Notes under the pieces: model-generated | What the model saw: only the letters and a program-made list of their open reading frames with translations | What the model was told of the DNA's origin: nothing | Databases searched by the model: none | Shown here: positions 13,563 to 26,172 of the stretch, in pieces | How the letters are laid out: each line of letters begins with the position of its first letter | Position numbering within the stretch: the stretch's first letter is position 1 | Program-made: the position numbers and the translations under genes | DNA from: Eledone cirrhosa | Lineage: Eukaryota | Direction: 5' to 3' | Length of the DNA stretch: 64,000 nt | NCBI GenBank assembly: GCA_964016885.1 | Contig: OZ024741.1 | Coordinates: 127,472,001-127,536,000 of the forward strand

Positions 13563-15069
13563 CATCATCACCACCACCACTACTGGTTAACTTCCATTTT
13601 TCCTTGCTAGCATGGGTTAGGCAAATTGTCCCATTGTGAGACAAGCCAAGTCAGATGACCATGTCTTGCTTATAACAGAACTGATTTTGGCTTGGTTTCT
13701 ATGGCTGATTGCCCTTCCTAACACCAACCACATTTACAGTGTGTACTGGGTGCTTTTTGCCGTGTCACTACATGACCACTGTACAGTGTGGGCTGGGTTC
13801 TTTATGTTATGACACCTACATGACCACTTTACAGTGTGTGTGGGGGAGGTAGATATACGTGTGTGTGTGTGTGTACACACATACACACATACACACAGAT
13901 ACTCATATAGATCATCATCATCACCATTTTACGTCCATTTTTCCATGCTAGCATGGTTTAGACAAGTTGTCCTGTTGTGGGCAATGTCAGGTCAGGTGAC
14001 CATGTCTTGCTCATACAGAACTGATTTTGGCTTTGTTTCTACAGCTGGATGCCCTTCCTAATGCCAACTTCATTTACAGTGAGTACTGGGTGCTTTTTGT
14101 CATAACACCTACATGACCACTTTACAGTGTAGGCTGGGTGCTTTTTGTTGTGACACCTACACGACCATTTTACAGTGAGCGGGTGGGGTGGGGCATACTG
14201 TATATATGCTTCAGCTTCGGCCTGTGGTAGTGCTGAAGAAATTAAGTGGGTGTTAATGGTGCTTCAGCACCATTAGCTCAAACTCCCTCTCTTACACTGA
14301 CCTACAGACACACTCTCTCTTCCCTTTGCTTCTTGGATCTTGTGGGACACATGCCACCTCCACTCATCTTTTCTCGTTTCATCACCCATGTTGTTTTCAA
14401 CCTCCACCAACCCTTGACATAAACTCTACTACACCCCGTCCTTCCTACCCAGAGCATCAGTCCTCTGGAACTCCTTCCCTACTTGTATCTTTTTCAAAGG
14501 AGTGAAGCTGCAACAATTTACAACATCAATGGCATCGATATGTCCAGTCTCAAAGGGCCTGTGAAGGGCACTGCCATTTCCTCTTGATGTACATAATCAA
14601 AAAATAAGTTAGTTTAAATAAGTATTGGTAGATTGAGAAAGTGAGGAAGAGTTGGTGGGTTGGGTGCCTTAGTGGTTAGAATGTAGGACTTGTCATAAGC
14701 TCATGAGTTCGATTTCATCATGTGTTCTTCAGCCAGACACTTCATGTTGCTTTTCATGACAGGACAAGGGCCCCTACATCATTAAAACACCCAGGAAAAT
14801 TCCTGAGTTACAACCTCGTATGAAGCCAACTGAACCTTCATATGTATGAGCTATAAAACAATATATATATATATATATCAGCATCATCATCATCATTTTA
14901 CGTCCGCTTTTCCTGGGTGCAGTAAGTTATATTTGAAAAATGAGAAGAATGACTTCACTGGTGGTTGGTGTTCTTTCATAATTCAAATCATTATTGATAT
15001 TAGTTCTGGTAATATTAACAATGACTTATTAAAAGAATACTAATCACCATTGAAAAAAAAATTTTTTTT

Positions 15070-15128
<59 letters not shown>

Positions 15129-16756
15129 GCTTTCTGATGAAATGTAATAAATAATTAAGCATTACATATGATTGAACAATATATATTGTAGTCAATATAT
15201 GGAGACAATTATAATAGACACATGTTAAAGCAAATAAATTCCTAATCTCCTTCTCGGCGACATTTTATTTTTCTTGGTGCAATACTTGCTTATAAATAAA
15301 TAAATAAATAATAAGGTCAACATTATTGAAATGTTAAAAGTTAGGTGGTACTAGAAGTGTATTGATATTTAATTTTAAAACTGTTGCTTATATCCCTTTT
15401 GCTTCCATTATTTCTAATGAAAGACACTGCCTACATTTTTCAAATAATTTTGGCAGGACTAATTAAAATATTTAACTTTTTCATTAAGTAGATGTTTGGA
15501 ACATAGCAAAAAGGGTTTTGTCTTTAAATTATGGGATATTATAATTTATCATAATTTTATTTCCTTTCTCCATGCTGCATGTGTTGGACAGGCTGTCACA
15601 GTCTGAGACCAGACTGATCAGAGCAACCTCATCTTACTCAAAAATTTTATAATTTAAATACAAAGAACTTAAAATTAACAATTTTGTATGAAAATTAGGG
15701 CCAGTCTCAGTAGGGTTGGTATTAAATGTGTTAATCATTTCTGAAGATGCAGTGACTCTGAATAAAACCTTAAATGTTAACATTTTTGGTGGTACAATAA
15801 AATACACCCAGTCCACACTGTTAAGTGGTTAATAATAGGAAAGGGCATCGAGCCAGTAAAACCATACCAAAACTATAATTAGATCTAAAGTTAAGGGTAC
15901 AAAAATGGGCTTTGTATTTTACATGACTATGCATGTTCAGGAATTTTTACTGAGCTTAAAAACACTTATTTGAAATAGCAAGATTGCAAATATCTGTTGA
16001 AGAAAATTACTAGAAATGCATTATGTCAAGTTATTATATTTCTCAAGAATTCGAAAACTTGTTTTTAAAACAAGAAGTAGGATAAGTCTACTTGTTTTAG
16101 AATCTTTAATGACATGAGAAACTGAATATTGTTGTGAAACATGTGTGTGTGATTGAGATTTTGATGGATAATATGGTACAAGTTAACAAAAAAATTTACA
16201 TAGACAATGGCTGTACTAAGGGGTAGTATTAACACAGGATTGTAATTCATTCCTGTTTTTTTTTGTTTTGTTTTTTAGCTTCAGAAATAGGGGTCATATA
16301 CTCAAGCTTGAAAATCATAGACAGTGTCTTTCATTAGAAATAGGGTACCGAAAGGGCTGTGATGAAACATCAGTTTTGCTTATATATGCATTCAGTGCTT
16401 TGTTTTTTTCTTTTTCATTCTTAATATTTATATATTTTTTTATTTTGCTGTACAACTGATAAAAATATGGTTGGTGCCTTTTTAAAACATGAACAAGCCT
16501 TGTATAACATATCTCTTTAAATATCTTATATCTAAAACCCATTTGTTGTATGTTGGGCGATTAACTTTGTATTTTATGCATGTCTTTGTGTAAAAAAAAA
16601 TTACCTAACTAACCATAGTGCTCATCAAATGTTTAAACTATCTCCTCTCTTTTTGCATATATATTTGTACTAATCCATCTTCCTCTCTTCACTTGTTTTT
16701 CAATTTATTATTATTTCATATATATATACTTATACATACATGCATAGGTATGTATG

Positions 16757-16788
<32 letters not shown>

Positions 16789-16831
16789 ATATGGAAAACA
16801 AAGAATCAGTAATGCATTGGAACAATTTATT

Positions 16832-16924
16832 ACGTATTACAATTGTTTCTCCGGTGAACAGCTCGAGGTACGATCTATTTGTGGATCGAACCTGACTCTG
16901 GATTCGCGAGTTCCTCAGATACGT
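16832..16924 (-). ncRNA. Type I hammerhead ribozyme motif (Penelope-like-element type)
   Basis: Minus strand reads acgtat-CTGAGGA-[62 nt structured stem II]-GAAAC-aatt-GTA-atacgt: perfect 6-bp stem I, intact CUGANGA/GAAA core, GUA triplet, palindromic stem III ACAATTGT. Confidence 0.75.
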
Positions 16925-18026
16925 CTAGTGATTTCGAAGCAAATCCTATTTTTATATATATATATATATACACACACACATATATATCAGCATGTTGTTG
17001 TTGGACCTTTGTTGGTTCCGTTAACAAGTTCCAGTTGTTTGATGAAAGAACAGCCTGCTTGTGAAATTAATGTGCAAGTGGCAGAGCATTCTACAGGCAC
17101 ATGTACCCATAACATAGTTCTCAGGGAGATTCAACATGGCACAGTGTACAGGCAAGGCTGGCCCTTTGAATTACAGGTACAACTCGTTTTTTTCACCTGA
17201 GTGAACTGGAGCAACGTGAAACAAAGTGTCTTGCTCAAGGACACAACACGGCTTACTGATTAGGGTGTTTGTCTCATGACTAAGATCAAGGGTTTGATTC
17301 CCAGAGACATCAATGTTATGTTTATATGCACCTTATATTGTTTTTTTACCTTCAAACCTGGTCTATGTCACTTTAGTCTTTCATTATTTTCTGGCTGTTA
17401 ACTTGAAACGTCTCATATTAGTTTAATAGTAAAGCTAGCTGTTTAATCTCTGGCCATTGTAAAGTAAAATAAATCAGAAATACTATTATATTGTTTGAAG
17501 GCAGCCACAAGGCAGGCGAACTATAAATAATAGTCAACATAATTGTCTGTGGGAATCAAAACACATATGTTATAATCCCACAAACAATTCTGTCTTTTTT
17601 TCCATCTTCAAAGTTACTTTACCCTGGAGACCTATTCAACTATTATCTATAGCTCATCTACATTATGGCTGCCTTTATAAAACAAAATCTATTTTCAAAT
17701 TTCCTCAATGCTTTTTAAACGAAAACAATGTTATTTATATTATATTTGTCTATGCATATCAAACAAATATCTGTGTGTCAATTTATAATTAATGATTTAG
17801 TCATAAAAAATCTTTCCTTACCATATTTCTAATGAAAGACACTGCCTCTCTGATTTAACTAATTTTGAAAATATTCGAAAATTTGAATGAATTTAGTAAA
17901 AACAAAGTTTTGTACCATAGAACCAGGGGTGGTTTCATGTGGTTTTAATATCAAAATGGTTAAAACAAGACCTTATAAAAGTCTCACACATTTTTTTAGT
18001 TGTGTTGTTGTCACCTCACCTTTCTC

Positions 18027-18087
<61 letters not shown>

Positions 18088-19535
18088 TGGGTGGTGAGTG
18101 ATTATTGTGGTGTATTGATGACAATATGTTTACCTCTGGCTATTCTTATATCATGAGAAATACCGTTCTCTAGGTTATATGTATATATATATATAAAGTG
18201 AAACCTTAGGTAGTTCACCAGGCTGCAAGTAGAATAAGATAGAAACCTGCTTCCCAGCTTCATTCTCATTCCAAATTCTTATTCCCAACATAATAATCCC
18301 TCTGTGTAGTTTAAATGTCTTTGAAATTATTCTCTTCTCTGTCCCTGCCTCCCCATTTCTTTGTTTTTATTTTATAATTTTTTTTTTTTTTTTCATTTTT
18401 ATATTTTTCAACCTGCTTTTAAAATTATTAATTTAATTAAAACTCGTCCCTCTTCCCTTTAAAAGAAAAATTGAAGAAAACTGTCAAAATAATTGAATTA
18501 ATTTTAAATAATATTTTTAATTGTTTTGATAAACAAAAATAGGAAGTATAGTTTTGCTTTTAATAACTATTGAAGGCAATAAAATGTACCAACACAAAGT
18601 CCACAACATAAGGTAATAGTGCTGGTGCCATGATAAAAAAAAAACTCCCAGTCCACTCTGTAAAGTGGTAGTGTTAGTTCCACAATAGAATGCTCCCAAT
18701 ACATTCTGGTGGCAGTGCTGGTGCCATTATTAAAAAATGCCCTGTACACTCCGCTGGTGGTAGTGCTGGTGCCACAATAAAATGATCCCAATACACTCTG
18801 GAAGGTGGTAGTTCTGGTACCACACTAAAATGGTTGGCATTAGGAAGGACATCCAACTGTAGAAACCGAGCCAAACATGAACTAGAAGTAGCCATTTGAA
18901 TAGTCTAATTTCAGAATGTGACAACCCACCTAATCCATGCAAGCATGGAAAATAGTTATTAAATAGTGATGATGATAATGATGTTGTGTGAGGAAAATAT
19001 AAAGGTTTTGAAAATTAAGAGAGAGAAATAGAAATATTTAATGAAGTAATTAGGGATCGAATTGTTTCCATGTGGCTGAGTGTTGGACAAAATACTTTGT
19101 GGCATTTAGTTATAGCCCTTTGCATTCTGAGTTCAAATCCCACTGAAGTCTCATTAGAACATCTGACAAAATGCTTTGCAGTATTTCTTTTGCCACTTAA
19201 CATTTGAGTTAAAATCCTGCTGAGGTTAACTTTACCTTTCGTCCTTTTAGGATTGATAAAATAAAGTACCAGTAAAGTATTGGAGTCAATACATTAAATT
19301 AGAAACTATTATTATTAAAGTATACAAACTTTTCTTAATTCTCCTTTCAGTTTTTCTTTGTAACTTTTTTCTTCAGTTTCAACATTTAAAATAAAACAAT
19401 TTACAAAAACAAAAGAAGAAACAAAAAACCACACATTAATTTCATTAAAAAAAATATAATTAAAATAAAAATGTTTATTTTAATATTATTTTTGTTTTGT
19501 TATTTTGTTTCCTATCTAATTCATTCATATATATA

Positions 19536-19581
<46 letters not shown>

Positions 19582-19682
19582 AGTCTCGAAAGTATTGTTT
19601 TATTGTAAACTGAGCCGGGGCCACCAAACCTAGAAACTGAACGTCTTCTTGCCGTTTCATATATTCCCTCTTCTACTGACAG

Positions 19683-19876
19683 GAAGACACATGGTGTGGA
19701 TGCATGGTGGCAGCCTTCACACGAGACGCACAGACTCACCCTCTATCTTTATTTGCAAATTCCTCGTGGGTTCAGGCGAAGAGTGTGGCCGATGCTTTGG
19801 CTCTCAGTATCAACTGCAGAAGCATAAAAGCATTGAAAATCACCACCAAAAGCGAGGGAGGCCCAAGAAAAACTGA
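19683..19876 (+). other. C2H2 zinc finger plus AT-hook coding segment; candidate alternative terminal exon of DPF or a transposon relic
   Basis: Pyrimidine tract plus ACAG acceptor, phase 1; encodes GRHMVWMH...FICKFLVGSGEECGRCFGSQYQLQKHKSIENHHQKRGRPKKN*. Confidence 0.4.
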
Positions 19877-20430
19877 AAATCTACTTTCCCAATGGGGGCC
19901 CAAAATGTTCATTAATGAGGCTGTTTTGAAAAGGTGCGAAGCTATTTCAAATTTTTTGTTAGTTTGGATAAGTGCTGGTGAACAAATATATATGTTATAT
20001 ATATATATATGTATATATATACCTTTAAATAAACAATATACAGACATACATATTTGAATATATATATATATATATATCGTTAAAGGCAGTTATAATTGAT
20101 AATTTCTGTATGCATTTTTTCTCTATATATAAACCAAGGGAATTATTAGCTCAATAATTCTAAACTTATCTTTTCTGTAACTGCTTACTTGCTTGCAGCC
20201 TGGATGGGGTTAACATTAGATGGGGGTTTCTAGTTTGCCATGTTCTATATATATATATGTATGTATGTATGTATGTATATATGTATGTATATATATGTGT
20301 GTGTATATATATATGTATATGTATGTATATATATATATAGTCTTGTGCTGTTCTTTTTTTATGTCCCATCGTCATAAAAATATTCTCATTTTTCTCCTTT
20401 TTTATTACTGTTTTTTTATTATTCTTTCAG

Positions 20431-20556
20431 CGAAATCTATTGATGGCAAAGTGGCCCCAAATAATTACTGTGATTTCTGCCTTGGAGATTCACAAGAGAA
20501 CAAGAAGACGCGTCAGCCTGAAGGCCTGGTATCCTGCAGTGATTGTGGACGATCAG
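20431..20556 (+). CDS. DPF2: d4/DPF family (BAF45, ubi-d4/Requiem) exon, start of PHD finger 1
   Basis: ttctttcag|...TCAG|gtag; [43 protein letters not shown] matches the DPF1/2/3 PHD1 signature [11 protein letters not shown]...[11 protein letters not shown]; the paralog number is nominal for an invertebrate d4. Confidence 0.95.
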
Positions 20557-20883
20557 GTAGGGGCTATCATTTATATATTTAAACTAATCAGTCTTATGTC
20601 CAGTGTGTTGATCTTTTGTTTGGGTATCATATATAGAGTCTGAGGGGAGTGTTCTATGCATGGGAAGAAGCAGAGTGGGTATAGAGGAACTTAAAAACAC
20701 GACACCGAGTGGTTGGCTTTGCCTTTTATCCTTTTGGGGTCGGTAAATAAAGTACCAGGGCAGTGCTGGGTCAATACTTCCTCTATACCTCTTTCTCACT
20801 TCATTTCTTCTCTTTCCTCTGAAAGAAATCAGCTGTGTTTAGTCATGGAGAGGGATGGATTCTGCCAGCTTTAAAGGCCTAAG

Positions 20884-21400
20884 ATGTTGTATATCACTAT
20901 GGCATTCCTACAACTCCATCTGGAGTTGTGCATGGTCAGGTCGTGGAGACTAAACCGACAACCCCACCAAGCTTTGTACACCCCGAGGGATGAAAATCAA
21001 AATCAATCAAAGGGCAGAGGGACTCGGGAGAGTCAACGGCCTTCCAATAAAAATTTTTATTTTTTGTGTGTGTAGCGAAAGACTACTAGTCTTCATTAAG
21101 ATATCTCTCTAGGAGGTGACTCTGATATAAAACCTACAACTTTGTTTGCATCCAATGATGTAGACCAATTCTTCTTTTTGGGTAAATGCATTCAATGTTC
21201 AGAGAGTGAGATTGGTCCCATGCAAAGCCTTTCCTCACTTAAAAAAGCTTCAAGCACAGATATCGCTTGATATGACATTTTTTGCGATGTATGGTATTGC
21301 TGGCCATAGGCAAGTTTCTAGCAGGATTAAAAAGCCACGTCCATGATGGCCATGCTTAAGTATCAAGTGATGGCATTACTCGAAATCGAGTTGCAGCCAT
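20884..21400. mobile_element. Dispersed repeat, probable LINE 5'-UTR relic, related to 55680-56310
   Basis: Shared blocks gcatggtc.ggtcgt.g.gactaaacc.caaccccaccaag, gagtcaacggcc, gatataaaacct. Confidence 0.55.
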
Positions 21401-22770
21401 CGCGTGTGTATGTGTTTATGAGACGTGGGCAGCATATGCAGAGAATATGCAAAGATTGGACAAAAATGAACCAAACATGCTCTGATGGATGTGCAAGGTG
21501 GAGCTGAGAGAAAAACTAGATATTATAGGAATTAGATATTGCCTGCTAGAGAGAAGATTGTATTCATATAGACATGTGATGTGCATGGATGATAGTTGGT
21601 GGGTGATGATGTGTGAAGTGATCCCAGGGGAGAGAAGCTGCAGATGAGGAAGACCTGGGAAATACACTATAAAATCCTAGTACCGGTGCCACAATAAAAC
21701 ATACCCAGTACACTCTGTAAAGTAGTTGTGCTGGAGCCACAATAAAACACATCCAGTAAACCCTGCAAGGTGGTAGTGCTTGTGCCACAAGGTGAGAGTA
21801 ACAACGGGGGTAAGAATGAGTGGGAGTGGTGAACAGGAGTGTGGTATAAACTAATGGGGAGAAGGCATAATAGTGTAAGAGAGAAGAATGTGAAGAAGAA
21901 AGGGAGTTGTAGATAGGGAGGGAGAAGTAGGTGATCTATGTTTGTAGAAGTTTGTATACATATATTTACATACCCCCATACGCTCACATATCCAAGGGCT
22001 CTTAACTCCTGATGGAGCGTTAGAAACTGACATAGTTGGGCATTTAAAACTGTTCTTCTCCAGGTTTGAACATACCTGATTTCTTTCAGTGAGAAAAATG
22101 AGAGAAAGTAAGAAAGAGATATAGAGGAAGAACTGACTCCAGTATTTGGACGGGTATTTTACTTATTGATCTCATATAACCTGAGCAAATGCCGCAAATC
22201 ATTCTATCCAACGTTATAATGACTCTGCCAATTCAGTATCATATATTTAGAAATTTGTTTTCTTTCTTTTATCCTGTAACGCCTGAGGGAGTCATTGGGG
22301 TGCCATATTGACATACTGTTTCTGGGGCATTTTTTAAACCTGGCAGAGGCCATCTCAGGTCTGAATACAACAGATTTCTTCCAGAGAAGGACAGAGAGTG
22401 AGTGAAAGGAAATGTGAAAGATATATAGAGGAAGAATCAATCCCAGTGCTAGAGTTACAAATTTACTTTCCATAAAATAATTGTACTTCACCAGTCAGTT
22501 CAAACACAATATACTTTAGTAAATTCCATACAAACAAAGTAGAAAGGGGCAGCAGTTGTTGTTTTTGCTTTCACCACTTCTTCCCAGCTCTTCTAATGCA
22601 GCTTCTTTCCACTAGGATCTCTTGGCACTTTTTCACCCAACAATCATCATCCATATGCATCACATGTCCATACCAGCACAATCTTCTTTCTTGGACACTA
22701 CATCTGATTCCTCCTATAGCTAGTTTTTTCTTTAAGCTTCTCCATGCACATTAACAACATACATCCAGCA

Positions 22771-22804
<34 letters not shown>

Positions 22805-23421
22805 CTTTCTCTACTCCAGCTTCCTCCCACTAGGATCTCTTAACACTTCTTTACCTAACGATCATTATCTATACACATAACATGTCTGTACCAGTACACT
22901 TGAACATGACATCTGATTCCCCGTACATCCAGTTTTCCTTTTAACTCCTCTGCTTCGACAAAGGATATTTTGCTATTTGTTGAGATTACCCACAAAACTG
23001 TGGTCAGATTTGTTATTAATTTGCAAGATTTCTCATCACATCATTTAAGATACTAAGGTGCCTCAGATTTGTTCTGGCTCTTTGTGCTCTGTATTCAAAT
23101 CCCATCGGGGTTAACTTTGCATTTCATCCATTAGATGTCGATAAATAAAGTACCAGTCTAGTATTGGGATCAATTCTTCATCTATATTTCTTAATCTCCC
23201 TTTCTCTGGAAGAATCAGCTAAATTCAGACCTGGAGAGAGATGGATGGTACCCCTACCACTCCATCAGGAGTTAGAGACACTGACAGTGTATAAGGTTCC
23301 TCTACATGTACGTGTGTGTATATATATATGAGCGAGACACGGTCTCCTGATCATTCCCGCATCAAATGGAACAAAATCGCCTAACTCATGCGTGGAAGAT
23401 GGATGTTAAACGATGATGATG

Positions 23422-23459
<38 letters not shown>

Positions 23460-23471
23460 ATGTATTATATA

Positions 23472-23660
23472 TAGAAATGGCTTCTACAGGACCAGAACTG
23501 TTTCATTCATATAAAATCATCAAGAATGTCCTGATGATTTCATACAATTGAAACAGTTCTAGTTCTTTCTGTATATAATAAAGATGCCTATGCTCTACCA
23601 ATGTATTGAGTACCTTCTTTAACTGTGGTACCCCCTCCCTCCCTGACACCACTTTGGAAC
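23472..23660. mobile_element. Small fold-back element with degenerate hammerhead motifs on both strands
   Basis: + strand CTGATGA(23531)-tttcatacaatt-GAAAC-agttcta-GTT; inverted copy at 23480-23523; related copy at 57244-57293. Confidence 0.55.
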
Positions 23661-24217
23661 CTATATATATTTATCTGACGAAGGCACATGACTTAGTGCT
23701 TAGAATGTTTAACTCATAATTGTAAGGTTGTGAGTTTGTTTCCCAGATCGAGTGGTGTTGTGTGTCTTTGAGCAAGACACTATTTCACATTGTTCCAGTC
23801 TATCCTGCTGGAAAAAATGAGTTGTACCTGGAATTCAAAGGGCAAGTTATGTCACACACTCTGTCATGCTGAATCTCCCTGAAAATTACATTAAGGGTGC
23901 ACATGTCTCTGGAATGCTCAGCCACTTGCATGATAATTTCACCAGCAGGCTGTTCTATTGATCAAATAATTGGAACACTCATTATCAGAACCAATGGAGA
24001 TCTAACACTAACACACACTCCTTTGCTTGTACCAGCCATGGGGCTGTGGCTACACTGGGGACCTGCCATTATGTATCTTTATAGCTCCAATATTTCCAAT
24101 TTCTTTCCTCCCCCTTCCATTACAATTATATTTCAAACTCTCTTTCTCAGAGCTCTGCTACTGTTTACAATTGTAAGTATAACAACTCTTGTCCATTAAT
24201 ACTAATCTTGAGATTAA

Positions 24218-25070
24218 TAAGAGGTCTGTCGAAAAAGTATCTGACTTCATATTTCCTATGGAATGTAATGCTGTTAAAGAGAGACAAAAAGTGTACAAAG
24301 TGGAGCTACATACATTCATGTGCATACGTGGTTTTTGACAAGCTTGCTGCATATGTCAGTCGTTGTCAGGCAGCTGGCGTTTGCGAGGCTCTGCTACTTA
24401 CTTATCACATTTTCGTTTCGCCGTATATCGTTAAGTATCCTGAGTTTCTGAATATGGTGATAACTGGAGATGAGACATGGATATGCAGATTCGACCTGGA
24501 AATGAAAGCTCAAGTCATCACAGTGGCAAAAAATTAAAGAATGTCAGTTTCAGAGCAAAATAAGAGTGATGCTGATTGTTTGCTATGATTACTTAGGTAT
24601 TGTGCATCACAAAAATGCACAGAAGGACAAACAGTTACAAAAGAGTATTGTCAAAAAGTCCTGACATCTTTGTGGTGCAGTTTAGTGCAAGAGACCGGAT
24701 TTGTAGGCCTTGCAAAACTAGCTGATACATCATGACAACACATCAGCTCATTTGTTGCTGCTGATCAAGATTTCACTCTTCGTCAAAATCCCTACTGTTC
24801 AGACATGGCTCTTTCTGACATCTGGTTGTTCCCAAAAAGGAAGATGCCACTGAAAGACTCTCGCTTTGAGAACCAAGAGGCCATCATGTGGACTATAACA
24901 GCAGAGCTGAGAGCTATCTTCAACGTGCTTTAAAATGGAAGGATCACTGGGCTAAGTGGGTGGAGGCACAAGGAACCTACTTCGAAGGTGATTAGCAATT
25001 GAATCCCACCGTGTGTGCAGTTTTTTTTTCCCATCACCTAAGGTTGGATACTTTATTGACAGGCGTCATA
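24218..25070 (+). mobile_element. Internally deleted mariner (Tc1/mariner) transposon relic
   Basis: Imperfect TIRs agaggtctgtcgaaaaagtatc / gatactttattgacaggcgtca with TA flanks; VITGDETW, HDN..AH and decayed YSPD(L/M)APSD.WLFPK motifs with frameshifts. Confidence 0.85.
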
Positions 25071-25197
25071 TTTCATTACTCAAGTTTATATTTTTAATTG
25101 CTTGGCTAACAATTGCTCAAGACAAATTTCATTTCTCGTTACTTCATTCCTTGCTTGTGCTTTACAAATTCTTCGAATCGTTTCTTTTTTGCTTCAG

Positions 25198-25310
25198 GGC
25201 ATCCATCCTGCCTGCAGTTTACTCCAAACATGATAATATCCGTGAAGAAATATCCTTGGCAATGTATTGAGTGCAAGTCTTGTGGTCTCTGTGGGACTTC
25301 TGATAATGAT
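25198..25310 (+). CDS. DPF2: d4/DPF exon, end of PHD1 and start of PHD2
   Basis: gcttcag|GG CAT...AAT GAT|gtaagc; [38 protein letters not shown]; phase 1 to 0. Confidence 0.96.
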
Positions 25311-25529
25311 GTAAGCATACGTTGGCTTTTCTTCTTCATTTCTTCACCACTTTTCTCTCTCTCATGTTCACTTCTTCAGAACTCTCTTTCTCATGTTTAC
25401 ATCTTCATCTTTGTGCTGTTGTTGCTATAGCTTCTGTTGCCACTGTCTTCATTTTTAAATAGCTTGAGAAATTTGCATTACATTTCATGTTCTAAAAGAA
25501 TAGTTGCTTGAAATTTTTTTCCCCACTTT

Positions 25530-26172
25530 GAACCCTTTCGTTACCATATTTCTAATGAAGACACTGCCTATGATTTTCAAATAATATTTTAAAAAATAAT
25601 CAAGAATTTAGAGGGATTTAGTAATATCGCTAACTTTCACATTGTTAAGCTGATATTTGTAAGGTTCTTACATAAAATTATGAAGGAAGGTTTTTAGATA
25701 AATATACACACTTTAATCCTTTCATCATTATATTTTGAATGAAAGACACTGCCCTTGATTTTCAAAATAATTAAGAATTCGGAGAGATTTAGTAATATAA
25801 CTAACTTTTTATTATTAAGATGGTAATGGATTGACAGACTGGTTAGAGTTTTTAACTTAATACTCATTTAGTTACAACTCTTTACATTCTGAGTTCAAAT
25901 CCCACTGTCGTCAACTTTACCTTTCATCCTTTCAGGGTTGTTGAAATAATAAAGTACCAGTCGGGTACTGGGATTGATTTAATTGTCTTCCCCATTCTCC
26001 AAAATTGCTGGTCTTGTGCTTGAGTTAATAACCATTATTAAGATGGTATTTAAAACATAACATAGCAGAGGTTCTTACATGAAATAATGATAAATTTAAA
26101 TACTTTAAAATAAACAGCTTACTATTGTAGGACCAGAGGTAGTTTGAAGTGATTTGGTATCAAAAGGGTTAA
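25530..26172. mobile_element. AT-rich non-autonomous DNA element family with (TT)AACCCTTT...AAAGGGTTAA ends (piggyBac-like MITE), interrupted by a SINE
   Basis: TTAA-CCC/GGG-TTAA termini and the ccatatttctaatgaaagacactgcc motif; further copies near 4760, 10870-11420, 12820-13190, 28510, 37975-38545, 40760, 41380, 42010. Confidence 0.55.

Noticed and set aside
15131-15195. Hammerhead-like CTGATGA..atgtaat/attacat..GAACAATATATATTGTA
   Set aside because: Missing one core A and no convincing stem I.
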